From NCBI GenBank assembly GCA_032718475.1, contig JAUCBJ010007369.1:24585-88584 (forward strand): 64,000 nucleotides of DNA, in the 5' to 3' direction. Position numbers and translations under genes: made by a program. Numbering within the stretch: position 1 is the first letter of the stretch; every line of letters begins with the position of its first letter. The notes under the pieces are model-generated. The model saw only the letters and a program-made list of their open reading frames with translations, made no database searches and had not been told where the DNA came from. The stretch is from Nemertoderma westbladi (Eukaryota; Animalia; Xenacoelomorpha). Shown here in pieces: positions 1-11,962 of the stretch.

Positions 1-795
1 TAGTTACAGGACCGCATTCGCCCTAGTAAGAGGGTCTATGCAGCTACAGGTGGCACCTCCTTTATGCTGCCAGTGTATACACCATATACAGTATATACCA
101 GTGTAGTACAACAGCAGTATTGGTGGCGTGGAAGCAGTATAACTTGCTTTCCAATTCCAGTTGTCAAATTGTAGTTCAATGAATTAGTTCAAAAGATATT
201 AAGCCTAGACGAAGTAATATTTAGTGCCTCCTAGCGCGCGGCTACAATGTAATTGCGCAATGGTAAAATTGTAAAAACTTTCTAAAGTTTTGACATACTA
301 CATCTATAGCAAGTTTGGTATAATTTCATCAAGGATTTACTCTCGATATTTTAACTCTTGATATTTTTACTCGCGATGTTTTTCAAGTCTCGATATTTTT
401 CACCCATACCTTAACTTTAGATGTACAAATTACATAGACAGACAGGGTAGGCTATTGTTGTTATATGTCTAGCACCAATTCTACATTTGATGAAATATGT
501 AGTATAAAACAGACCGATTTACATATCCGAAAGTCATTTGATTTATCTGACTTCCAAATCCATGACCCAATGCAGAAGTCGTCTACATGCTCAAGAACAA
601 GCACTGGACTGCTACAGATCTACACAATAATTACTGGAGTTTGCAATTGAGTGCACAGGTGCACCAATATTTACCAAAATATTAAATAATTGTATACATC
701 ATGTCAAAGACAAGTACCCTGTCCACGGTACTAGTTTTAATAAATCGATCCTTCGTGGATAAGGAATGTGCCCACTCAAGTCTAAAGAGTGTAAA

Positions 796-919
796 CGCTA
801 CACCTACGCCTATGCCTACACCTCGCAAACACCTAGGTAGGCCTATAGCTACTCCTACACCACGCCTACACCTACGCCTATGTAGGTATATATGTGTAGG
901 CTCAGGTGTAGGTGTAGCG
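796..919. repeat. Small foldback repeat built from CCTACA/CCTACG units
   Basis: CGCTACACCTACGCCT at 796-811 is a 15/16 inverted match to AGGTGTAGGTGTAGCG at 904-919. The interior is degenerate (CCTACA)n. Confidence 0.55.
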
Positions 920-1976
920 AAAATCGCTAGCATAATTGAAGGTCGAAGTGGTGAGCGCCATGAAGCAACTTCGTTTTTTTAACCAGATCGGAATTTGATT
1001 GCTAAGTAAGATCTCGTCGTACATTATGTTTTCCAGTAGGATATTTCAGTGCCACTTTGTTTGATGCACGCATGAACTATATAAGTTACACGGAGCTATA
1101 ATTGATAGTGCAGACAAAACAAGCTGTGTATCAGCAGGATATTTAAGAGCCTGCACATTGTTCTGTGTAAGTACCCCAATATAAAATAATGGATATTATA
1201 CAGTATATCGATATATATATCCGAGACTAGTATGAAGCCGCTTCCCTTACAAAACAATGTTCATGGCATAATGTTATTCAAAATCTGCAGTGCATAGAGT
1301 TCATAAGATTTCACACCATGCCTCTGCTCACATTGGGCGCTACAGCAATAATCACAGAAAAAGAGGCACATTTTTTTAATTGAAATTTTTCCACCAATGT
1401 CCACATTGACATTATGCCATTTTTAGGCGTTGTAACTAAGTATCATAAAAGTCGCAAAGACCTAATATGATAATTTCCTCTATGGAAAGTTTCTGCTCCC
1501 TGGGGCCTTTCACAAAAATTAAAAAAATTTAATTTTGCGAACAAATGGCTGAACAAAACCGTTTTTAGTCCAAAATTATGAAGTGGAGAAAACTCAATTA
1601 AACTTCCCGTTTCTGTATTTATGTTGGTCTGTTCGCAGAAATTTTCGTCATGGAGGTTTTCCAGGTTGCCGAACTCATTTCCGGTCTGAATTTTAATTTT
1701 CAACGCCATATTGTCGGTCTGTCTGACGGCCGTCTGTGTGTATCGTACATACAGAAACCGACATACAGCTATAAATTGAGAAGTAAAAGAGATCTCGCTA
1801 AGCCGTTTTCAGATTTAAAATCCTCATTAAATTATTTTCTAGTTGAAATAAAAAACAAAAATCTGACAATTTTGACCCGGTGGGGTGTACCCAACCCACC
1901 CCCCCCCCCCCCCCCCCTCCCTTAATTATCAGCGGACATTATTTGTTTTGCTACATCTGTGCGGTATACTGTATAT

Positions 1977-4900
1977 GGGCATTTCCATGGAAATTGGGAC
2001 ACATTAACTCAAAATAAAACGACACTGAAAACACTGTTTTAGTAGCCTATCTGTAGTAAAAATATGTGAATTTTCTGAATTTGTAAAAATTATTTGCAAT
2101 TTCCGAAGTTTTGATTGACAATTAGTCCAAAATTTGGACACCCGATAATTTTTCTAAATTTGGTATCAAAAATTTCATATTTTGAAGAGCTTGGAATTCA
2201 AACTGGAACAGCAAAAGTATACATTGTTTGGTACCAACGTAAAGCCTGGGATCTGTAGAATTTAACGGCATGAACTTTGAGATATAGTACCTTACCAGAT
2301 CTCATTTAATACAGAAATAGCCTTCCCCTCCTCAAAATGTAACGTCCGACACTTTTTTTGACAATTCTTTCTCTGATTTTTTTCCTAATAGCCAATTGAC
2401 AAAATAGTTTTCTTTCTCTTCATGCCCACGCAAGATGGCGCTACACTATCACAAGAATGGTTAACATGAAAAGCAATGCATTGAACTATGGCCAATTAAA
2501 GAGGTGTAACGTCCGACACTATGTAACGTCCGACACTGTTCGTGTATTGGTTGAAACGTGTCTCTTCCCCCATTGCAATAATGATATTCATACTTATTTG
2601 TTTTAGTGGCAATTTTGAAGTGTGTTTGAAGAAAGATGAGGTGCACTGCTGCAGTAGGCCTACTGTTAGTAGGCCTTTCCTGTATTATACTGCACACGTG
2701 TCAAATGCCCGCATTTATAATGTACTTATAGAAAAAATATCCAGTAGGATTAATACATTTACAGAAGTATCGCATGTCCAGTCCATTGAGATTTACCCGT
2801 CGATAACTAATAGAGAATACAGTAGAGAACAAATACAGGTAGCTAATAACCAATAATATAAAGACTAATAAAAAAGATGCCGAAGTCAAACGCTCAGAAG
2901 TGTAGAGAACGCAGAGAACGGCAAAACCTCAAAGCAATTGAAGATGGAAAGTTAGCTGAATTGAAACAAAAGGAGGCAAAAAGAAAACGATTGGAAAGGA
3001 TAAAAATCAAATCGGCTGTTAAAAATGGTTCGGCTCGAGAGAAAGCTGCTGCTCAAAGGAAAGTAAACAAAGAACGACACCAATGCTTACTCCGTGTAAG
3101 AAAACATCGCCTCGCCAAACGCTTAGAAGCTGTCACTCTGAAATCGCAGGCTGCAATCAGACGAGCAAGTGGAAGAGCACAGCGATCATTACCATCAAAC
3201 AAGGAAATGCGTAGAATAGTCATCGAGCATTTGTACAGTAAGCACGTTATACCATGTTCTTCTAAGGCAAGTGGTGAAGATCGGCCCATTCGACATCGTA
3301 ACTGTTTGTCACTAGATACCAAGAGAAATGTGGAAATGTTTTATTGCCTTGACGAGATTAGCTCGGTCTCACCAGGCCGGAAAGACTTTAAAATTTTGCG
3401 CTTTGCCGGAAAGAATAAGGTTGTCAAGCAGAAAAGGTACTTACGGTACACATTACACGAAACATATTCGTTATTTAAACAAGACTACCCCGATGCCAGC
3501 ATCGGAAAGTCAAAGTTTGCTGAGCTACGCCCTCCCTATGTTCTGCCATCAAAGGAAACGAAGCACAATGTTTGCCTGTGCCTCATTCACGAAAACTTTA
3601 AATATAAGGTTAAGTCAATTGCTTCTATGATCTGTAGAGTACCAAGGTATGCAGATACGGATATGATCTGCAGTGATAAGGAAGACACCTATAATTGTTG
3701 TCATCAACGCTGCGACGATTGTCATAATAAACAACAGTTTGCGGTTAAAAGCGGTATCAATACTGAGGAAATTATTAGTTACAAGGAATGGTCCACAAAA
3801 GGCGGAAAGTTCAGTATGGTTCTGCGAGAAATGCAATTGAAAATGTTAGTAGATACTTTGAATAGGAAAGAAATTCCTGAATTTTTGAATCATGTTTATA
3901 TTAAGAGAAAAACTCATGAAAACTTCATTTCTATAACAACATCTGAGAAGGAAAATACAATGGCAATGCAATGCGACTTTGCCCAGAACTACACCGCAGC
4001 TTATCAAGATGAAGTACAGTCGGCTCATTGGAATCCACCGCAGGTTACAGTATTTACAGCTTGCTGTTGGTACAAAAAAGAAGCCACCAGCTACGTAATA
4101 GTTAGTGACGATAGAACACACGACAGGTATTGTGTGTATGCTTTTATAAGTATAATTCTTGATTTAGAAATACAGAAGAATCCCCTAGTTAAAAACGTGC
4201 AAATGTTTTCGGATGGGGCATCTTCTCAATTCAAAAACAGATTCAACATTGCCAACATCTGTAGGCAGCGCGAAGATCATGACTTGGATTCCTTTGTTTG
4301 GAATTTTTTTGTTTGGTATCACGGGAAGGGGGCTGTGGACGGTATCGGGGCCACTGTTAAACGTTACGCCTGGAATAAAGTCAAGACTCGCCAGAGTACC
4401 ATTAAGTCTGCCTCCGATTTTGTCAATGCGGTTAACGATGAGATAAAAATTCGGACCATAGAATGTAAGAACATAGACAAGACAACAGATAACGAGTTTT
4501 ATCTGAAGTTGAACACAATAAAGGGTACTCGTTCTTTTCACTATGTTGAATGCAACCGAAATCTGCCAAGTAATATTGTCTGTAAACGATTCCCTCAATC
4601 TGCCAAAGGTCGCGATTTTGTCATCACCGCGCTGGAAGAAGGAAATCTGGCAACCGATGGCTCGCCCGAGATAGAAACGATCAATATAGTGGTGGAGCCC
4701 CCATGCGGCAGTCCGTCGGAGAGTAGTGGTGAAAGCGACCACGAGGAAACGCCATCATTATCAAATGATTTAGATCGATTGTCTGAACTGAATTCTGATG
4801 AATCTAGCGATGATCCGGGAAGATCTTTAAATAAAGGTGACTGGCTCTTACTATCTGTGCCTTATGATAATAACTCAAGTGTCTCAAAGAACTATGTGGG

Positions 4901-5619
4901 ACACATCGTTGAAGTCTCGGACTCAGAGGTCTATGTGGAATATAAGAAGAGAATTCTATCTAGTCACAAACTATCAGACACGATCTGTGTTGTTTCGTGC
5001 GATCCAAGAGAATATGGATCTCATCTGTTTGATACAATTATGAGAAAACTACCTCCACCAATGACTGCAGGAGGGACAGCGAGAATGCGCAGTACTCATC
5101 GCTTTGAAGTCAGTGCGTTTGGCGATGAAGATCTGCCTAGGTTTTAGAATAAAGGGACTTATACATAGAACAACTGTAGATAATATCTAAATTTGTTACG
5201 TCCGACACCAGTGTCTGTAATGTCCGACACCATTCCTCATCGCTTACATTGTAGTTTACATTGTTTGTGGTTCCCATTTGAAGTAGCAGACCCCACAATC
5301 TTAAAAAAAGAAGGTTTGTTTTTGTTTCCAGCGGCACATCGCCTTTATAGCTCCAATTGGCATCATTTGAGAAGCAATATAAAAATCTAGCAAAAAATTG
5401 TGTCCTTTTTGGGTAACGTCCGACACCTTTTTTTGAAATCCAAATGCTTATACAGGCACGCAATATTCAGTAGTGACTATATAACAGTCCAAAACTTCGA
5501 TAAATTTCCTCAATTTCAAATGCTAATACGATCTCTGAAAATTACTTTCTTAAAATATATTAACTGAAAACATGATCATTTTTAAAAATGTTGTAACGTC
5601 CGACACTATGGAATTGCCC
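1977..5619 (+). mobile_element. Sola2-type DNA transposon, apparently full-length and autonomous
   Basis: TIRs GGGCATTTCCAT (1977-1988) and GGGCAATTCCAT (reverse complement of 5608-5619) match 11/12 and start GRG. ATAT flanks both sides (1973-1976, 5620-5623) as a 4-bp TSD. It contains one intact transposase ORF and seven copies of a subterminal motif. Confidence 0.85.
2877..5147 (+). CDS. Sola2-like DDD transposase (756 aa)
   Basis: Uninterrupted ORF with a basic N-terminus, CxCxxH-E-N and a Cys cluster. Catalytic-type blocks CDFAQNY..QDEVQSAHW, FSDGASSQFKN and HGKGAVDGIG match Sola2 motifs as I recall them. An acidic linker leads to a C-terminal beta-rich (Tudor/SH3-like) segment GDWLLL..YVGHIVEV. 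Confidence 0.85.
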   Translation: MPKSNAQKCRERRERQNLKAIEDGKLAELKQKEAKRKRLERIKIKSAVKNGSAREKAAAQRKVNKERHQCLLRVRKHRLAKRLEAVTLKSQAAIRRASGRAQRSLPSNKEMRRIVIEHLYSKHVIPCSSKASGEDRPIRHRNCLSLDTKRNVEMFYCLDEISSVSPGRKDFKILRFAGKNKVVKQKRYLRYTLHETYSLFKQDYPDASIGKSKFAELRPPYVLPSKETKHNVCLCLIHENFKYKVKSIASMICRVPRYADTDMICSDKEDTYNCCHQRCDDCHNKQQFAVKSGINTEEIISYKEWSTKGGKFSMVLREMQLKMLVDTLNRKEIPEFLNHVYIKRKTHENFISITTSEKENTMAMQCDFAQNYTAAYQDEVQSAHWNPPQVTVFTACCWYKKEATSYVIVSDDRTHDRYCVYAFISIILDLEIQKNPLVKNVQMFSDGASSQFKNRFNIANICRQREDHDLDSFVWNFFVWYHGKGAVDGIGATVKRYAWNKVKTRQSTIKSASDFVNAVNDEIKIRTIECKNIDKTTDNEFYLKLNTIKGTRSFHYVECNRNLPSNIVCKRFPQSAKGRDFVITALEEGNLATDGSPEIETINIVVEPPCGSPSESSGESDHEETPSLSNDLDRLSELNSDESSDDPGRSLNKGDWLLLSVPYDNNSSVSKNYVGHIVEVSDSEVYVEYKKRILSSHKLSDTICVVSCDPREYGSHLFDTIMRKLPPPMTAGGTARMRSTHRFEVSAFGDEDLPRF

Positions 5620-6482
5620 ATATGTTATACTGCACTCAATGATTTTAAACATGCGTGGGCCGGAGTCAGAATCGAAGGCCATGAAGAAATCTACAATTAT
5701 CATTTTAATTATCTACTGGAGTGCCAGAATGGGCTCCAGTGTATTTCTACCATGTGAAACCCACTTTGTTTGCCACACAGGAACATTTAAACAGGATCCC
5801 TTATTGCATATTATACGGTTCAATCCCACGATATCACCAAATACCTCCTGTATTTGGCCAAAAATTAACAGTATGAACCCTTTAACGACTTTTTGGTTCC
5901 ACTTCTCTCTTCTCTGTATTAACCATTCATAGATAATATATTTTTGTTTGTGAACTCATTATAGAAAAAAGTTTTCACAAAGTTTTTTAAATCTCATAAA
6001 TCCGCAATAGAATTGTGTTCCATTAAATGTATATGAGACGCATCTTATAATTTTAACAAAAGACTTAACCTTACCAGTGGAGCATCGGAGTTGAAATTTT
6101 GACCCACTGTCTCAGGAAAAATTTGAAAACGACTAATAAGAGTGGGCCTAAGCCTTTTACTAATATTGAATACCGCAGGAGGTACTTCTATGCCGTCAAC
6201 ATCACCTACTTAATAGCATAAATAAAATGTTTAATTAATGTAACATGTAGTAGGAGTAGTACATTGTTGGTTAATAAAAAAAGTAATGGTATGCCTTTAT
6301 ATCTGATATAACCGCTAATAGTAATAATAAAGTATGCACTGCTTTCTGATATAACTTTCTAATGTAATGGTAATTAATGATACAGTACACAATTAGTTAT
6401 ATCTTCTATAACCATAGTGGCTATTCATTCATATTTGTTGCTATCCTTTTGCTTACAAATATCGCACAAGGATGCCATTGAG

Positions 6483-6670
6483 TGCAAAGATGCACATCGC
6501 ACAATATTCATTCTGCACTCATGCTTACAATATTAACTTTTATTCAGGACTAGAATGATATAGACGTAATAAATAAATATTTCGAAAACCCACAAGGGTG
6601 ACATTGACTGCAAAGATGCACATCACACAATATTAATTCTGCACTCATGCTTACAATATTAACTTTTATT
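6483..6670 (+). repeat. About 62-bp direct duplication
   Basis: TGCAAAGATGCACATC..ATATTAACTTTTATT occurs at 6483-6544 and 6609-6670 with few mismatches. Confidence 0.8.
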
Positions 6671-6919
6671 TGAAAGAAGTAATAAATCAATATTTAATGT
6701 GTTTGCTGTATTTTGGGTAAGATGCTTCAAGGCCAATCCACCAGATCCGGCCTTGTTAATGTAAATCTGGAAAGTTTGGGTCGCTCTTTTATTTTATCGT
6801 TACTTGATCATCATTTGTTACCCATATTATCATATTTATCGATATTAGCTGTGTCAAATTAAATCTCGTTGAAAGTAATTTCTTATTTTTACTGCTGGTA
6901 GAAGTAAGTTGTTGGGGGT

Positions 6920-7050
6920 AATGTGTTTGAAGGCATCTATTCCGACTAAAGGCTGTAGGAGTTTAGCACTTTTGTGATCCTAAGCAAGAGACTTCTTTAC
7001 ACATTAATGCTTACGCAACCCCAGCGGTACAATGGGAACCAGGCACCGCT
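6920..7050 (+). mobile_element. Degenerate fragment of tRNA-derived SINE family A
   Basis: CCGACTAAAGGCTGTAG..CCCAGCGGTACAATGGGAACC aligns to the full copy at 8826-9092. Confidence 0.75.
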
Positions 7051-7293
7051 GTGGAAGTAAGAAAGAAGTTGGATAAATACGAAGTATTACCATTGTGAGT
7101 TTGTGTGGCTCCATCCATCGTGCCTTATAGGTAACAGTCAAGAGAGAGGAGCCTCCGAGTTGCTGCCAGTGTGTCGTGTTTCACACGTTCACCAATTAAT
7201 TAACAAATTTTTTTGTGAAGATTAAGTTTTCGTATCCCTAAATCAAACACCGGTAATGTAAACGAATAAATTGCTAAATGTGGGGTTAATAAT

Positions 7294-7438
7294 GTCCCAG
7301 TGTCCAGAGCGCCTGAACAGCTATCACAATAGTGTTTGGCGGCACAGGTTCAAAGTCGACTAAAGTCTGTAGAAATTTCGCACTGTTGTGTTCCTAGGTA
7401 TGCAAGACACTGAAGGCATTAGTTCCTACGCCAACCCA
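7294..7438 (+). mobile_element. 3'-truncated copy of SINE family A
   Basis: GTCCCAGTGTCC..GCGCCTGAAC..GGTTCAAAGTCGACTAAAG..CCTACGCCAACCCA aligns to the 8826-9092 copy. Confidence 0.8.
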
Positions 7439-8511
7439 TCTAAATCCAACATACCTGTAGGATTTACTCTAAAGTTGTATCCGTCTTCCTAATGTCCCAC
7501 CCATTTTCTTACCTGTTCACATTTGTACCTGGGGTGCAGATCCAGACCATTTTGTCCGATTCGTACTTTCTAACTAACCATTACCAAAACAAAGCAAAGG
7601 GACCTTTAAATCTAGCTAGTTTACCACGTTACAACTTTCACATTTATATGTGAGCAAAACACTACTGATTCATTAGTAGGAATTTTTATAAACCAACGGA
7701 CATCACATAAGATTAGCAGACAGTAATTTACAAAGAGATAGAAGGAAGCCAATTCCAAGGTAATTATTTTAACACGCTTGGGCAGGAAGTGTTACGCTAA
7801 AACGCAATAAAATTGGATTAGAAATTACTGTTCTCCAGTTAACTAATGTAATAAACTGAATCTTCAGGAATTGTTATATCACTCACACCCCAGATATATA
7901 GTCAGTGATTGTAATATATTGTGTATATATATATAATATATTAATTAATTAGCACCCCCCCCCCCCCCCCATCGGGGTAAAAATGAAATAAAAAATAATC
8001 GCACAGGGATAAATAATTGAACCATCATCAATGGCAATCGCACAAAGAATACAACTGTAATTAGTAGTAAATTGAATTGATAGTGAGCCAGAAATATGAA
8101 ACATTTAATTAGATTAGGCCTACTATAAACAATTCAAGAGGATGTTGCTAATAATGAAAATGCAGGGGCTCTCGGACAATCCAAAACATGTACCGTATAA
8201 TTTTGGGTCGGCCGCAATTCTTACAAGAACAAGGGGATGGAATGGAGAGATGGAAAGCCGTGCGTGGTAGTCCTAGTGAGAATAATATGTCGATTTATTT
8301 GATTTGATAACGAAAGCTGGCCCATCGAGGTAACTACTGGATATGATATTTTGATTTCGTACTTCACTGAATCTTAAGTAAACTGTACTCGAGTATTTGG
8401 ATCAAAAATATGTGGATGTCGATTTAAAATATAATATTTAATATATATATATATTATATTAATTATATTATAATATATTAAATTTAATATATAATTTGGC
8501 GCCCCGTTATG

Positions 8512-9622
8512 CAAGGGCTATCAAAAATTAATTGGGCAAACAATTAATTGCAATTAATTGTCCCAATTAATTGATTGGTGATTTCAAAATAATTGGATAA
8601 TTGATTGGCAAGGACGCAATTAATTGGATAATTGATTGGGACAGACCCAATTAATTGGATAATTGATTGCTCTGGAAGCAATTATCCAATCAATTGCGTC
8701 CATCGCCCAACCCAATCAATTAATTATCCTATTATTATCTATCAATTCTACAGTAGAAAGTTAGCCACCGCCCAGCCTTGCAACATCAGTAATATTTACC
8801 GTTTTAATGTAGGCTATATTGCTTATAATAATAATAATAATAATAATAATATTGGTTATTTATATAGCGCTTTTCTACGCTCAGCATACTCAAAGCGCTT
8901 TTATTATCATTACCCCAGCAAAGCCAGGTTCCCATTATACCGCTGGGTTGGCGTAGGCACTAATGTCTAAAGTATCTTGCCTAGGGACACAACAGTGCGA
9001 AATTTCTACAGCCTTTAGTCGGATTCGAACCTGAACCACCAAACACTATTGTGTAAGCAGTTCAGGCGCCGTATCCACTCGGACACTGAGACATTATACT
9101 GAGACTTATACAGTGCACGAACCATAAACCAGTACACAAACACAATGTAAAATAAACTATCAGTATCAGTCTTATTTACAGCAGTAGGCCTACCTACTGA
9201 CTGCATACCACAGCATCAGTCTTTCATTTTGGTTATCTTGTTAACGGTACAGGTACTGTGGTAGTACTAGCAAGATACTTGACAGAATGAAGCTACAGTA
9301 GGTAGTAACTACCGGTAGTTAGTAATTTCTTGAGGTCAGTATATTGATTATTCAGTATGGACTATAAACCAATGATATATTATTATTGATATTAAATAGT
9401 CAGTCATAATAAGAAATTATGTAAATATTATATCTTCAACTTTTTTAAAATAATTGGCAATTAATTGCAATTAATTGAATAATTGATTTTGTAAATTCGC
9501 AATTACAATTAATTGATTGGTTCAAGACTTTAATTGCAATTAATTGATTGATATAATTTCCAATGGCAATTAATTGATTGATATCATGCAATTAAATTGC
9601 AATCAATTTTTGATAACCCTTG
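8512..9622. mobile_element. Non-autonomous hAT-type element with AATT-rich subterminal arrays
   Basis: TIRs CAAGGGCTATCAAAAATTAATTG and CAAGGGTTATCAAAAATTGATTG. Exact 8-bp TSD CCGTTATG at 8504-8511 and 9623-9630. Repeated CAATTAATTG palindromes near both ends. No transposase. Confidence 0.85.
8826..9092 (-). mobile_element. Full-length tRNA-derived SINE (family A) nested in the hAT element
   Basis: The minus strand has an A-box-like TGTCCGAGTGG, B-box GGTTCGAATCC, a CORE-like block TGTGTCCCTAGGCAAGATACTT, an L2-like tail AAGCGCTTTGAG..AAAAGCGCTATATAAAT and an (ATT)n end. Confidence 0.85.
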
Positions 9623-10019
9623 CCGTTATGGCCTGCGTGAAGTTTTAAAAATTTCGCTAAAAAATACTACTCCTCAGTTATTTTCCATTTTTATTTTCCG
9701 ATACCACATTTTTTGGAACCAGCATGTTCATTTTCATCATATTTTTCATCATATTTTTCACCCACTTTTTGTATTTTCGATTTCTATTTCTGATAATTGG
9801 CAATTTTGTAAAAAAAAATCAACATTTTTTAAAAACAAAAAAAGTTTTTTGTAATTTTTCATTCAAGAAATGGGGAAATATTCAATTAAAAAAATGCGTG
9901 AAATTTATTTTAAAGCTTATGAAATTACCTTCAAAGTTCAAACCTTCCCACGCAAAACTACGTGTATGTATGGGGTATGGTTGGTTAATAGTGTCTGACA
10001 TGAATGATAGAATCAAGTT

Positions 10020-10720
10020 AAATATACCAGTAATGATGGGGACAAGTTGTGAGTACCCAAAGATTAATAATTCATTTAGAATTAGGTTCATGCCTCTTTC
10101 TTTACCTGTTTTCAGTCACTTGATCATCTTCTACCATAGGCTGACAAAGTTGAGATTTAAATATAATATTTGCATCATCCATATCAACATTATGAGTGAT
10201 ATTAAACCAATATACGATGATATTAGATGAGCAATAACCTTGGATATAATATTGGCTGTGGGGGGAGAGAGTGACGTGATATTATGATTACTAAAGGATG
10301 GTGTGTCCCATTGGCAGAGACTGAAGTTTTACCGACAGCAGGACACAGAGCCCAGAGGGAGATTGTGACAGAAGGGGTGGTAGATATTCAACTAGAGGAT
10401 ACATGCAAATATTTGTCTCAGGTGTAACCCCCATGTCTAAAAATGACCAATCATTACTGGACAAGAGATGAAAATGTTGCAGGAAATTATCCAAGCGTGG
10501 CCCTACCTTGCCAGCTTACTTACATTGGATGTCTTAATATCTTCCAGTTCTCCTTATTGTCACTTCCTTTGAGTTTTTCTAACTCTGGCTTTTCCTAAAG
10601 TTATATTTAGCCAATCTAATGGCCCTAGTGTAGACCTAGTGTGGCCCTAGTGCCTTTTTGTTACTAAACTTTCTCTGGAATCTGGTGCCCTGCTGAAATT
10701 CCAATCTCTCTTCTAAAGGC
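10020..10720 (-). mobile_element. Heavily degraded CR1/L2-like LINE ORF2 fragment
   Basis: Frameshifted minus-strand peptides AIRLAKYNFRK..ENWKIL and NIISKVIAHLISSYI resemble the pre-RT linker and the 'YRPISL..ISKVxE' RT block. Confidence 0.4.
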
Positions 10721-10934
10721 ATGCTGTGTCACACACCATCCCCATCCATGGTGTCAACACAATTGTTGATCATATCTAAAATACAGTCAATCTAGTCTCT
10801 AATTAAATTAGGCGATTCTAGCCTTCTAACAAAGGTCTCATAATAATTCTGATTACATTTATAATTGATAATTGTATCTATTTACTTACCTTATTTTATG
10901 GATGCATTTGTCATGAATATGGGATTTGGGAGTT

Positions 10935-11220
10935 CTTCATTAACATTAAAAGTCATGAATTTGGTTTTGGTAGCATTTATATGCAATCCAACCCTCTTTG
11001 CAGCCCTCTCCACTACATTCAATAGAGGCTGTGCATCTGCTAGCATGTGTGCAAGCAGGACGATGTCATCCACAAAGTGTAGTATCTGTGACTAGTTGTA
11101 GGATATCTGCAAATTCTGCATTCTCGTAGTGTAAATCCCTTTGTAGCCATTCCCATTGTGTAATCCAGTACAATTATGAATTAAAGGTGCCAATCTGTCT
11201 GTCACCTTGCAATATTCCGA
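10935..11220 (-). mobile_element. RTE-clade LINE RT fragment
   Basis: DDIVLLAHMLADAQPLLNVVERAAKRVGLHINATKT closely matches the RT at 27581-28117. Confidence 0.85.
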
Positions 11221-11926
11221 AAGTCTTGGCCCACATGTTAGGTCTAACCAAGGGAGTAGGACAATCCTTTAACCAGTTCAAGGAAAATGATATGATACAG
11301 CCTCAAAATCACCTATGTCTTGGACACAGTCCACATTTTTCGCATGACATCTGGTCGTGGAGGTGCTGAAGTTGCCAGACAGTCTAAAATTTAGTTGCAG
11401 AGTTTCTGGATTTCTTCCTTTTCCTTAGATATCCATTCTGCCTTGCTTCGACATCCAATCTGAAGAGGATATTTCTCATCCCCTAATTTTTTGTGGGAAA
11501 TCCTCAGATAATCTGAAATCAGTACTCTGTAGGAATATGGTATTGGGTACCCCAGACAGTGTCACAGTCCGGGTCATGATGGGGAAGGAGTTGAAATATA
11601 TTTAGTCGATACTTCCCTCTATGTGTTCTGCCCAGTCGGTAGTCAACAACATACCATAGATAGACAGACATATCCATAGCGTGTTAGTGATAAATGCTTC
11701 TATAATTTATATTACCTGTTCCTAATGCTCCTCACTAATAACAGTAGAGTTTCAGCATCACATTTCATCTCGCCTTCTACAACCCGTTTAAATTAGATAT
11801 AAAGCAGTAGTCAATTACCAGTGGTTCCATTTAAACTTTAATAAGTAATTATTACCATAAGCAATTATAGCATACCGGTATAGGTAAGTATAGGGGTCTA
11901 CACTGGCTGAACAAAACGCTGAATGT

Positions 11927-11962
11927 GGTGAACGTTTTCGCCCTACCGGGCTACGTCAGACC
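11927..11962 (-). ncRNA. Minimal type-I hammerhead ribozyme-like motif (Penelope-type, variant core)
   Basis: The minus strand reads GGT-CTGACGTA-GCCC-GGTA-GGGC-GAAA-ACGT-TC-ACC. Stem I is GGT/ACC, stem II is GCCC/GGGC and stem III is the palindrome AACGTT. The core is CUGACGU instead of CUGANGA. Confidence 0.5.

Noticed and set aside
1385-1925. DNA-transposon-like segment ending in poly-C and TTAA (similar single end TTAAGGGTCTGTACAC near 34563)
   Set aside because: Only one end is visible and I found no matching TIR or TSD, so it is not called.
3053-5043. Short ORFs overlapping the transposase in other frames or on the other strand
   Set aside because: They are shadow ORFs with no motifs.
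9015-9092. tRNA genes at the SINE heads (also 41270-41347)
   Set aside because: A and B boxes are present but there is no complete cloverleaf, and both continue into SINE bodies and simple-repeat tails.
10130-10290. Mitochondrial ND4-like insertion (PPTANIISKVIAHL..)
   Set aside because: The match is only a few residues, and the flanking peptides fit a degraded LINE RT better.
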